From an uncultured Gammaproteobacteria bacterium (GTDB taxonomy: Bacteria > Patescibacteriota > Microgenomatia > Levybacterales > UBA12049): a stretch of DNA of 64,000 bases. How positions within the stretch are numbered: the first letter of the stretch is position 1; each line of letters starts with the position of its first letter. The translations under genes were made by a program, and so were the position numbers. Under the pieces are notes generated by a model. That model saw only the letters and a list, made by a program, of their open reading frames with translations. It was not told the origin of the DNA and ran no database searches. Location: NCBI GenBank assembly GCA_964416445.1, contig CAYQEE010000008.1, positions 6,450-70,449 on the forward strand, in the 5' to 3' direction. This document shows positions 10,638-19,464 of this stretch, piece after piece.

Positions 10638-12650
10638 ATGAAACGTCGAATCCTCTTTTCTTTTATTGCTCTTTGTGTGATAAGTGTCGGTTTTATTTTT
10701 TCAAGTAAATTACATGCGGAACAGCAAACAGAAAAAACAATACCACTTGATCCAACGCTCTATCCAGACTTGGTAACCGTCGATAGTTTGCATCATAAAG
10801 CATATATTACAGCGCATGGTGACGGTGGTTTGCCTCTTCCAGTAACAATTCTTGATACGATGCATGATACGATTTTAGGAATACTTCCTCTTAATACGGT
10901 TCGTGCATTAGCAATCAATACTCGAATCAATCGATTATATGCTATTGATGGTGTAACAAGGAAGCTTACTATCTTTGATACCGCCACGAATGCTCAAGTG
11001 AGTACCCCAAGTGCATTAGGAAATGATCCTTTTCTGCTTGCAGTGAATGAAACGACAAATAAGCTATATACCATTTCTCAAAGTGCTGCGACTGGAGGAG
11101 CAATAATGGTATTTGATGGCTCTACAGGCAGTCAGCTCTCAAAGAGTATTTCATTTAATGATATTCCTCAAGCTGTTGCAGTGAATCCATTAACAAATAA
11201 ACTTTATGTAGCAACGTCTGGTATTAATCCCCAACTGATTGTTTTTGATGGCACATCAAGTACTATTATGACAACCGTTCCTCTTGCAAATCCAGCAGCT
11301 GATATTGCGATCGATACAGTATTGAATAAAATCTATATCAGTAGTGATACGAGTACCGATGTGCAAGTAATTGATGGACAATCAAATTCATTACTTACTG
11401 CCCTGTCTATGACAAATATGGTACCTTGCGCACATACGTTAACTGTAGATTCACTGGCAAATAAGCTCTATGCTGCCTGTTTTAATGGAATATCAATAAT
11501 TGACACAAAAACAAATACCATCGTACAACAAATACCACTAATAGATGATTTACCGGTCAGTCACGCAATTACCTCTCAGTATTTCACCATGGATTCGTTG
11601 TTGAATAAGTTGTATGTTCCTCTTGAAGAGACCCATGAAATTGCGGTAGTTTCGTTATCTTCGCCTCCCAAATTAAATCCGTTGTCGACACGTACGACCA
11701 ATGAAGGCAGTGATCTTGCCATTCCTATCTCATTTACTGATACGGTTGGGACCTCATGGACAACACAAGTCGATTTTGGCGATTTTTCTCAAGATGATTC
11801 TGAAACAATTGCAAGTCCTCAAATAACCGTACATCATATCTATCAGGCACCAGGCTCATATACTTTCAAAATAACCGTTATGAATAATACAGGTGCATTA
11901 AGCTCAGAAACCATACCTATACAGGTACATAATGTTTCACCAACAGTGAGTACAATTTCGTTACCACAAGATCTTATTTTATTAGGTTCATCGATAAGTG
12001 CCTCTGTATTGTTTAGTGATCCCGGTTTAGAAGATAAACATACGGCTTTTTGGGATTGGGGAGATGGATCAACAAGCCAAGGAACAATTATGCAAAATTC
12101 AGTTAATGGAACTGCGACAGGTACGCATAGTTATAGGAAGTCTGGAATTTATACTGTTTCCGTAACAATTACTGATAATTATGGCGCGGCAACTACCAGT
12201 ACCTTCCATTATCTTGCAGTTTCTGATTCGAAAAATTCTGAAGTTGTCGCAGTTGGAACAGTACAATCTCCCCCAGGAGCGCTACAAACAAATCGGGCCT
12301 TGAGCGGTCCTCTTTCCTTTGGAGTTTTTGTTTCAATGGCACTACCAACAACGGGATCTTTAGAAATGAGCTTTCCTTTAGGGGATATGCAGTTTCAAGC
12401 AACAAGTATATCCATTAGTACTTTGCATGGAAATAGTGCAACGATTCAAGGTACGGGAGTTGTTAATCATATAGGAAATTATGGTTTTCTGCTGTCATTA
12501 TCTGGTAGCACTTCAATAAGCCAATCCAATATGATCAGTTTGAAAATTTGGGATATTACGAATAATGCGGTTCTTTACGATTCTCAGAATTTAGTGTTGA
12601 ACGCTTCTCTCATACCCGTACAAGAAGGTGTTTTTTCTTTTCATCCTTAA
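10638..12650 (+). CDS. secreted YVTD-repeat beta-propeller protein with two PKD domains
   Basis: Signal peptide, repeated NKLY(V/A/I) motif about every 40-45 aa (YVTD-type propeller blades), then PKD-like modules (FGDFSQDDSE...GSYTFKITVMN and WDWGDGSTSQG...GIYTVSVTITDNYG). Confidence 0.7.
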   Translation: MKRRILFSFIALCVISVGFIFSSKLHAEQQTEKTIPLDPTLYPDLVTVDSLHHKAYITAHGDGGLPLPVTILDTMHDTILGILPLNTVRALAINTRINRLYAIDGVTRKLTIFDTATNAQVSTPSALGNDPFLLAVNETTNKLYTISQSAATGGAIMVFDGSTGSQLSKSISFNDIPQAVAVNPLTNKLYVATSGINPQLIVFDGTSSTIMTTVPLANPAADIAIDTVLNKIYISSDTSTDVQVIDGQSNSLLTALSMTNMVPCAHTLTVDSLANKLYAACFNGISIIDTKTNTIVQQIPLIDDLPVSHAITSQYFTMDSLLNKLYVPLEETHEIAVVSLSSPPKLNPLSTRTTNEGSDLAIPISFTDTVGTSWTTQVDFGDFSQDDSETIASPQITVHHIYQAPGSYTFKITVMNNTGALSSETIPIQVHNVSPTVSTISLPQDLILLGSSISASVLFSDPGLEDKHTAFWDWGDGSTSQGTIMQNSVNGTATGTHSYRKSGIYTVSVTITDNYGAATTSTFHYLAVSDSKNSEVVAVGTVQSPPGALQTNRALSGPLSFGVFVSMALPTTGSLEMSFPLGDMQFQATSISISTLHGNSATIQGTGVVNHIGNYGFLLSLSGSTSISQSNMISLKIWDITNNAVLYDSQNLVLNASLIPVQEGVFSFHP

Positions 12651-12747
12651 GGAAATATTCTCTTGCATGATTCTTATGGTTCTTTAGTCTTTTTCTCAGT
12701 AGCGATCTTTACAATAAAACTATCATTAAAAAAAGGAGGTGAGAAGT

Positions 12748-13071
12748 ATGGCTACAAAACGAACATCACAAACGCAAAATCAAAAAAAATCTGAGACAGA
12801 GCAAAGGGGACGAAAAGGTGGACAAACAATGCCCGTAAGTCCGCTCATGGGCGCAGCTGCTGGGGCAATTGCAGGCGCTGCTCTTGGTGCAGCGGCAGCG
12901 GCAGCGTTAAGTCAACCAATTGTTAAACAGAAAGTCGGTGAAGTTGTTGATGTTATGACCGATAAAGCAACCGAAATAATGGATGATGTTGCAGATAATT
13001 TTCAACAAAATATGCAAAATCGATCACCACATCGATTAGTCGATAAAAGTATAGAAGCTATGAAAGAATAG
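12748..13071 (+). CDS. small membrane protein with glycine/alanine-zipper helix
   Basis: ATG at 12748 lies 6 nt after GGAGGTGA. GAAAGAIAGAALGAAAAAAL segment. 107 aa. Confidence 0.5.
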   Translation: MATKRTSQTQNQKKSETEQRGRKGGQTMPVSPLMGAAAGAIAGAALGAAAAAALSQPIVKQKVGEVVDVMTDKATEIMDDVADNFQQNMQNRSPHRLVDKSIEAMKE

Positions 13072-13172
13072 TTTTCTAGCGAAATTAGCAGACGAGATCA
13101 CTTATTTTCTCACGAGTTTCCTAATGGAGAAAATGAGTGATTTTCGTTTCTATTTGAAATGTGAGGAAATAA

Positions 13173-14438
13173 TTGCTACGATTTACCCTCTGTATGCATA
13201 AGATATTTTCGCCTTTTGTTATATTGAAAAATTCAAATTTTCGGTGGTTAAGTATTGGAATATTTATTTCATTTATTGGTTCCCAAATGCAAGTAGTTGC
13301 AATAAGTTGGCACTTATTTCAGTTAACAAAGTCTGCGTATTATTTAGGATTTATTGGACTTGCTGGTTTTATTCCCATGCTTTTACTATCAAGTTTCAGT
13401 GGTATGTTAGTTGATGCATTTGATAGAAAAAAAATTATCTTACTGGATCAACTTATGTTAACTATCATTAATGGAACATTTGCCCTGGTAACCTATTTCC
13501 ATCATGATACCCCATGGATCATTTTTACTGTAATAGTTCTTAATGCATGTGTAAATGTTATTGATTTACCTGCGCGTCAATCGATTATTCCATCTTTGGT
13601 TCCGAAGAGTTCGTTAATTGTCGCATTAAATGTAAATACGATCTTTCGACAAACAGCAACGATTATTGGCCCAGCCATAGCAGGGTATCTTATTGCTGCT
13701 TTTGGAGTTGGTGTTATTTATGGAATTAATGCGCTCACGTTTCTTGTCTGCTTTTTATTAGTCATTCCGATTGTCACGCAATCTGCCTACACCAAAAAAT
13801 CTGTCCGTTTTACGTTTATCTCTGCTTTTGAAGGAATTCGGTATATCAAAAGTTCTCCAATACTGTACTCAACTATTTTATTAGATTTTTTTGCAAATTT
13901 CTTTGCAGCATCGACAGTAATATTTCCTATATTTGCAATGCAAATATTACATATCAGTACAAAAGAAATTGGATTACTTTATGCTGCACCTTCTGTTGGA
14001 GCAGTGGTAACTGGCTTACTTATTGGTACTGTTAGTCATATTCGTCAGCAAGGAAAGCTCCTGTTAGGAGTTGTTGCATTATATGGCGCAGCAACCATTG
14101 GATTTGGCTTATCACATTGGTTTCTTTTATCACTTCTGTGTTTAGCTATTGTTGGAGGAGCAGATATGATAAGTATGGTTATTCGGGCTACGATTAGTCA
14201 GCTTGTAACGCCAGATCAGATACGAGGACGAATGAACGCTATTAATATGGTATTTTTACTTGGTGGACCATTCCTTGGTGAGGCAGAAGCAGGTTTCGCT
14301 GCAGGTTTACTTGGTGCACCACTTTCAGTTATTTTAGGAGGACTTGGTGCTATTTGTTCAGCTGGAGTTATTGCAAAATTTGTACCTGAATTAACGGAAT
14401 ATGTTTATAAAAACCGAGAATTTGATAAAATAGCATAG
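13173..14438 (+). CDS. MFS transporter
   Basis: 421 aa, about 12 TM helices. N-terminal NFRWLSIGIFISFIGSQMQVVAISW and a DRKKIILL loop typical of MFS. TTG start uncertain. Confidence 0.7.
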   Translation: MLRFTLCMHKIFSPFVILKNSNFRWLSIGIFISFIGSQMQVVAISWHLFQLTKSAYYLGFIGLAGFIPMLLLSSFSGMLVDAFDRKKIILLDQLMLTIINGTFALVTYFHHDTPWIIFTVIVLNACVNVIDLPARQSIIPSLVPKSSLIVALNVNTIFRQTATIIGPAIAGYLIAAFGVGVIYGINALTFLVCFLLVIPIVTQSAYTKKSVRFTFISAFEGIRYIKSSPILYSTILLDFFANFFAASTVIFPIFAMQILHISTKEIGLLYAAPSVGAVVTGLLIGTVSHIRQQGKLLLGVVALYGAATIGFGLSHWFLLSLLCLAIVGGADMISMVIRATISQLVTPDQIRGRMNAINMVFLLGGPFLGEAEAGFAAGLLGAPLSVILGGLGAICSAGVIAKFVPELTEYVYKNREFDKIA

Positions 14439-14449
14439 TATCATTAAAA

Positions 14450-15100
14450 ATGAAAACAATTGTTGGAATTTTTGCTCACCCCGATGATGAGACTTTTGGT
14501 CCAGGAGGGACAATTGCACAATTTGCAAAAGAAAATAACGTTTATTTAATTTGTGTAACAAATGGCGATTGGAATGTTGATCATCTTGATCCTGAGTTGG
14601 GAGTACTTCGAAAAAAAGAGTTACAAGCTGCAGCAAACAAACTCGGTGTAAAGGAAGTTATATTTTTAGAATTTCATGATGGTACTCTTTGTAATAATTG
14701 CTATCATACAGTGGCAAATAAAATAACTGAACAATTGGAAAAATTACATCCTGATCTTCTCATAACGTTAGAACCGCGAGGAGTTTCTGGGCATCTTGAT
14801 CATATTGCAGTCTCGATGATAACCTCGTATGTATTTATTCGATTATCTTTTATTCAAGAACTTTGGTATTTTTGTATTAGTGATGCGTTTGATCAATTTG
14901 TTCAAGATTATTTTATTTATTTTCCACCGGGGTATAATAAAACAGCAATTGATAAAGTAGTTTCAGTATCAGATGTGTGGAGTCAAAAGATTGCTGCAAT
15001 GCATGAACATCAATCGCAAAAGAAAGATATCGATACTATATCAAAAGCATTATCTCGTATTCCGAAAGAAGAATATTTCTTGATAAAAAAACGAAAATAA
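14450..15100 (+). CDS. LmbE/PIG-L family N-acetylglucosaminyl deacetylase/amidase
   Basis: AHPDDETFGPGG zinc-binding motif near the N-terminus and GHLDH motif downstream. Confidence 0.8.
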   Translation: MKTIVGIFAHPDDETFGPGGTIAQFAKENNVYLICVTNGDWNVDHLDPELGVLRKKELQAAANKLGVKEVIFLEFHDGTLCNNCYHTVANKITEQLEKLHPDLLITLEPRGVSGHLDHIAVSMITSYVFIRLSFIQELWYFCISDAFDQFVQDYFIYFPPGYNKTAIDKVVSVSDVWSQKIAAMHEHQSQKKDIDTISKALSRIPKEEYFLIKKRK

Positions 15101-15130
15101 ATCAGCAGGGTACTACTATGAAAGTGCGTA

Positions 15131-15159
15131 TTGACGAGTGAAAAGATTAATGATACAGT
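15131..15159 (+). promoter_or_regulatory. candidate promoter of the C-S lyase leader
   Basis: TTGACG, 17-nt spacer, TACAGT. Located upstream of the 15214-15258 alternative hairpins. Confidence 0.35.
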
Positions 15160-15236
15160 GAATTGAATGAAAAAAGAATTATCAATAATTTGTTGTTGCA
15201 GAATCTCTTGAGGGGAGGTTTTGTTCACGCAAATAA

Positions 15237-15258
15237 CCTCCTGCATGGAGGTTTTTTT
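15237..15258 (+). terminator. intrinsic terminator / attenuator hairpin in the leader of the C-S lyase gene
   Basis: CCTCC-TGCAT-GGAGG followed by a T7 run. The upstream GGAGGTT(15214-20)...AACCTCC stem is mutually exclusive with it. Confidence 0.5.
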
Positions 15259-15289
15259 ATGACTAAAAATAAACATAAATACTCTATCT

Positions 15290-16522
15290 ATGAAAAAAAA
15301 TAAAGGATTTTCAACAAAAGCATTACATAGTTTTTATAAACCAAATAAAGATGACGGTGCTATTATTCCACCGATTCATATGAGTACTACTTTTGCGTTT
15401 GGCAATAATGGTGGATACTATGATGGTTCTTTACCACGAGAAGTCTGGGAAGCAGAGAATGCTTTTAAATTTAATAATGATTATCATCATTATGATTACT
15501 CACGGACCGTTAATCCGACAAGAATTATTTTAGAAAATACTATGGCACAAATGGATAATAACAAATACGGGCTTGCTTATAGCTCAGGTTCAGCGGTATT
15601 AACAAATATTGTTGCTTTGCTTAAACCGCAAGAGGCTATTTTATTCTCTACAGATGCATATGGTGGAACGTATCGGTATATTGTTCGAGCTGCAGGAAGT
15701 CAAGGAATTCAGTATAAAATTGTTGACCTCACTGACCTCACCAAAACAGAAGAGGTGTTGAAAAATAGTAATATAAAAATTATTTGGCTTGAGACACCAA
15801 CAAATCCTTTATTAAAGGTGGTTGATATCGCTCGTTTATCGCAATTAGCAAAGAAATATAAGGCCTTATTAGTTGTTGATAATACTTTTGCGTCTCCAAT
15901 CATTCAGCAGCCATCAGAACTTGGAGCTGATATTGTCGTATATTCAACCACAAAATATATTAATGGTCATAGTGATGTTGTTGGTGGTGTGCTTACGACA
16001 AGTAGTACGGAATTATATCCACGTCTTAAATTTCTTCAGAATTCTTTAGGAGCAATTCTATCACCATTTGATTCTTGGTTAACACTTCGTGGATTACGAA
16101 CACTGGAATTACGTATGGAACGACATGTCGATAATGCAGAAAAAATTGCCAAATTTTTATCTAACCATACGAAAATAAAAAAGGTCTATTATCCAGGATT
16201 ATTTACTGGTGAGCAGGGAAAAATTGTTGCGAAACAAATGAAACGTCCTGGAGGAATGGTATCAATTGAAATGAAAGAAGCATATGATGTCCAACTGTTT
16301 TTGAATTCATTACACTATTTTCCTCTTGCTGAAAGTCTTGGTGGAGTAGAATCATTAATTGATCATCCTGCCTCTATGACTCACTCAGCAATACCAAAAG
16401 AAGAAAGAGAAAAAATAGGATTATCAGATGGTTTATTACGAATTTCAGTAGGTATTGAAAATAGTGAAGATCTTATTGCTGATTTAACACAAGCACTCGA
16501 AAAAACAAAAGAAAAATCATGA
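15290..16522 (+). CDS. PLP-dependent Cys/Met-metabolism enzyme (cystathionine gamma-synthase / beta-lyase / C-S lyase family)
   Basis: 410 aa. YSTTKYINGHSDVVGG (PLP-lysine region) and an N-terminus aligning with MetB/MetC. Confidence 0.85.
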   Translation: MKKNKGFSTKALHSFYKPNKDDGAIIPPIHMSTTFAFGNNGGYYDGSLPREVWEAENAFKFNNDYHHYDYSRTVNPTRIILENTMAQMDNNKYGLAYSSGSAVLTNIVALLKPQEAILFSTDAYGGTYRYIVRAAGSQGIQYKIVDLTDLTKTEEVLKNSNIKIIWLETPTNPLLKVVDIARLSQLAKKYKALLVVDNTFASPIIQQPSELGADIVVYSTTKYINGHSDVVGGVLTTSSTELYPRLKFLQNSLGAILSPFDSWLTLRGLRTLELRMERHVDNAEKIAKFLSNHTKIKKVYYPGLFTGEQGKIVAKQMKRPGGMVSIEMKEAYDVQLFLNSLHYFPLAESLGGVESLIDHPASMTHSAIPKEEREKIGLSDGLLRISVGIENSEDLIADLTQALEKTKEKS

Positions 16523-16588
16523 AATTTCAGGTTATCGTTTGTTGCCAAATGACTTCCTCATAGGGGGGTATTTGTACAATGTTTTCAT

Positions 16589-16612
16589 ACCTCCCTTTTG
16601 GGAGGTTTTTTT
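16589..16612 (+). terminator. intrinsic terminator after the C-S lyase gene, 10 nt upstream of the next start codon
   Basis: CCTCCC-TTTT-GGGAGG followed by a T8 run. An upstream GGGGGG (16562-67) could pair alternatively with CCTCCC. Confidence 0.6.
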
Positions 16613-16622
16613 TGTGGAAAAT

Positions 16623-17744
16623 ATGATTCGTTTTGAAAGAAGACAACAAGATTATTGTACGAACTTAACACTCTATGAGCAGCCAGTAACGGCATTATTG
16701 GACGATCAAGAATATTATCCGCAATATGGATTATCGGAAATTTTTACTGGAATGGAAACACTTCCGCTTCCCATGTTAGTACAAACATTAGTTGGTGATC
16801 GTCTCAAACCAACATCGATACTTCCTGAGGGATATTTCTATGAACAAATACAGGATGCACCTCGGAAAGCAGGTGCCCTGATAGAAATGTCAATAGATGC
16901 TCATATAAGTGATACGAATGACTTTGAAGGAGGAACACTGCAGTTGTTAAATAATGCGCTATGTACGACGGTTATTATTACAAAAGGAGAAAAAGGAGGA
17001 TTTGATGGGATGTCAGAGGAACAAACGATTGCTATTCGGATGAATGAAGCTTTATTAGCGCAACAAATTTTAGGAAATCAGCTGGCATATCTCTCTCCTT
17101 TAGATGGAGGCACTTTTATCGATGGAGCGCTTCTCTCTCAATTAACTATGCTGAAAGATGCAATAAAAAACGATGTGCGTGCAAGAAAACCAGATGTCGT
17201 AATAATTCATTCAGATCAGTTAGATCACCTTGATCACGTAGCAACGTACCACGCGACAGTACGTGCATTGCGGGAATTATTCCAAGAAGAGAACTTTAAG
17301 AAACCTGCTGTGTATATTCGAGAACCAGAATTTTTATTTCCCTCAGGAACTGCTGAACAATATGAGATGCTTTCGAATTCTTTACATAACTGGAGTTTAG
17401 GACGGAGAAGTAAATATGCACAGCAAAAGTATCGTGAAAGGCCAAAATTAGAGACTTCGGATTTTATTGTTGATATAACCTCAGTAAAACAAAAAAAAAT
17501 TGCTGCACTCCTCGCACATGAAACTCAAATGAAACGGCATCCCAATAGCGAGGAGTTAAAAGATTATGTGACAAGAATCCCTGCCAGAATGCTAGTTCAA
17601 GGAAGTCGTCTTGCGAAACATGGGGAAAAGAAATGGGCAGAAGGTTTTCGTCAATTACATATTCATGGCGTCACTTCATCGGAAAATAAGCTTGCCTTCT
17701 ATTTACCCAATGGGTCAATGTATCGATTGAGAAAAATAGGCTGA
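16623..17744 (+). CDS. divergent LmbE/PIG-L-like deacetylase paralogue with N-terminal extension
   Basis: AHISDTNDFEGG and HSDQLDHLDH parallel the AHPDDE and HLDH motifs of the 14450 gene. ATG chosen at 16623, after a terminator hairpin (ORF-track start 16539 runs through the hairpin). Confidence 0.45.
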   Translation: MIRFERRQQDYCTNLTLYEQPVTALLDDQEYYPQYGLSEIFTGMETLPLPMLVQTLVGDRLKPTSILPEGYFYEQIQDAPRKAGALIEMSIDAHISDTNDFEGGTLQLLNNALCTTVIITKGEKGGFDGMSEEQTIAIRMNEALLAQQILGNQLAYLSPLDGGTFIDGALLSQLTMLKDAIKNDVRARKPDVVIIHSDQLDHLDHVATYHATVRALRELFQEENFKKPAVYIREPEFLFPSGTAEQYEMLSNSLHNWSLGRRSKYAQQKYRERPKLETSDFIVDITSVKQKKIAALLAHETQMKRHPNSEELKDYVTRIPARMLVQGSRLAKHGEKKWAEGFRQLHIHGVTSSENKLAFYLPNGSMYRLRKIG

Positions 17745-17746
17745 AA

Positions 17747-18853
17747 TTACTCATAAACTTTTTTCCAGGTTTTGATGAATGTCTCAATACTTAATGATAA
17801 TGGCTTTGGGGTATTGTGCGTAGTTCTTTGTAATGCTTTCCAGAGATCTGGCGTTTGTCCAATATGCCAAAAACCTTCTGTATCAAGAGATGTCTTTGTT
17901 GTTACGTTTGTCGGGGGGATTCTTTGTAATGGTCCGTTTAAATCACTCCCAATTACTGTTCTCTCCGGTCCAATAAGTGTCGAGACTTCTCGATATTCTT
18001 TTGCAAAAAGCAAAAAAGCATCAGGGTTATTAAGCAGTAGCTCTCTACTGGGTAAGAGGCCAAGCATTCCTTGGCTGTTCTTAATTGCGTTAAGTTGCCA
18101 GCTGGTTAGACCTCGCTCCGAATGACAATACGAACGGATTCCAAGATGGGTATATAATAATGGTTGGTTTACTCTTTGTAAGAGTGGAATGATTTGCTTT
18201 TGGGTATTATCAGATGCATGAGATAAATCAATCCAGACCTTTTGTTTAAGAAGAAGAGTGAGAAGGTTCTTTCCTTTTTCCGTTAACCCTTTGGCATTGA
18301 TTTTTACTCCTTGCGCATACTCATTCATGAATTGGGAGGCTAGCCAAAATCGAGGAGAATGTATCATTTGCGTTCCGTGCAATAATGCAGCTCCTCCAAA
18401 ATCATTATTCGTAAGATGCATAAAGGTAACAATAGAAATACCTCTTTTTCTAATAAATACATCGACATCTTTTTCAGTTTCAAGGACACCTTTGATACCT
18501 TCGAGTGAAAAGATGAGTATTCGTTTTCCGTGATTGTATGCGTTTTCTGCGTCATTTGGTGTTCGAGCAAGAATCCATTGTGGATGTTTTTCAATAAATG
18601 CTTCAACAAGATCAATTTGTTGGTGGATTGCTTTTTTTCGATACAAGGTAAGCAAAGGATGTGCATAAAGTGCAACAACCAGTAATCCAATATTTGATTG
18701 TTCAAGTGTTTCTTCATTCACTTGGGAAGAAAATCTATTCTTCCAAGAGGTTGCTTGGAGTGGTGAATAAAAAGATCCATGAAATAGTCGCGGTATACCG
18801 GCTTCCATGAATAAATGAACATGTAAATCAACAGAAGTATTACTGTTTTTCAT
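17747..18853 (-). CDS. membrane dipeptidase, peptidase family M19 (renal dipeptidase-like)
   Basis: VDLHVHL near the N-terminus, SLEGIKGV, VTFMHLTNNDFGGAA and VWIDLSHASD parallel DPEP1 motifs (DGHND, GVEGGHSI, LTLTHSCNTPW, VLIDLAHVS). Confidence 0.65.
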   Translation of the reverse strand: MKNSNTSVDLHVHLFMEAGIPRLFHGSFYSPLQATSWKNRFSSQVNEETLEQSNIGLLVVALYAHPLLTLYRKKAIHQQIDLVEAFIEKHPQWILARTPNDAENAYNHGKRILIFSLEGIKGVLETEKDVDVFIRKRGISIVTFMHLTNNDFGGAALLHGTQMIHSPRFWLASQFMNEYAQGVKINAKGLTEKGKNLLTLLLKQKVWIDLSHASDNTQKQIIPLLQRVNQPLLYTHLGIRSYCHSERGLTSWQLNAIKNSQGMLGLLPSRELLLNNPDAFLLFAKEYREVSTLIGPERTVIGSDLNGPLQRIPPTNVTTKTSLDTEGFWHIGQTPDLWKALQRTTHNTPKPLSLSIETFIKTWKKVYE

Positions 18854-19418
18854 GGAGTGTTTGATGGATATATTTTTTTCGCATCATTTTCTGATATTCA
18901 TTCTCTGAAATGAGTGTTTGGTTTGTATCAACTCGATCGAGAAAAACAAGACCATGAATATGATCATATTCATGTTGGAAAATACGAGCAATGAATCCGT
19001 CTAGAGTCTTCTCGAATTTTTTTCCTGACCGAGAGGTATACCTAATTTGTAGCGAAGTAAAACGAGGTACCAGCCCTCGAATACCAGGTACGCTTAGACA
19101 TCCTTCCCACTCATAAACTTTTTTTTCAGATGAAGATTGTATATGTGGGTTAATCATTGCCAATGGTCTCATGAGGGGTGCGTGAGGATATCGAGGATTT
19201 GGTTTCGATGCAATAATGAATACTTGCAAAGAGCTGAATACTTGTGGTGCAGCAATCCCAACACCATCAACTTCTTGAACCGTGGCAATCATATCATCGA
19301 TGAGTTGTTGAACTTGTACATTTTTCACTTGAACGATTGGTTTTGTTTTTTCTCTCAGAATGGGATTGCCCAATTGAGCAATTTGTCGAAATACAATGCG
19401 CGGCATATAAACTGTCAC
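18840..19418 (-). CDS. def: peptide deformylase
   Basis: GIAAPQV, EGCLSVPG and QHEYDHIHG, the three PDF motifs. Confidence 0.9.
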   Translation of the reverse strand: MTVYMPRIVFRQIAQLGNPILREKTKPIVQVKNVQVQQLIDDMIATVQEVDGVGIAAPQVFSSLQVFIIASKPNPRYPHAPLMRPLAMINPHIQSSSEKKVYEWEGCLSVPGIRGLVPRFTSLQIRYTSRSGKKFEKTLDGFIARIFQHEYDHIHGLVFLDRVDTNQTLISENEYQKMMRKKYIHQTLHEKQ

Positions 19419-19464
19419 TTAGTGTACCCGTTTTCAAAAAATTGTCAATAAAAAGAAATCATTG

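Noticed and set aside
15259-15303. 14-codon mini-ORF (MTKNKHKYSIYEKK) with a GGAGG Shine-Dalgarno overlapping the C-S lyase start
   Set aside because: Not called as a gene. AT-rich sequence makes such a short ORF likely by chance. Kept only as part of the attenuator observation.
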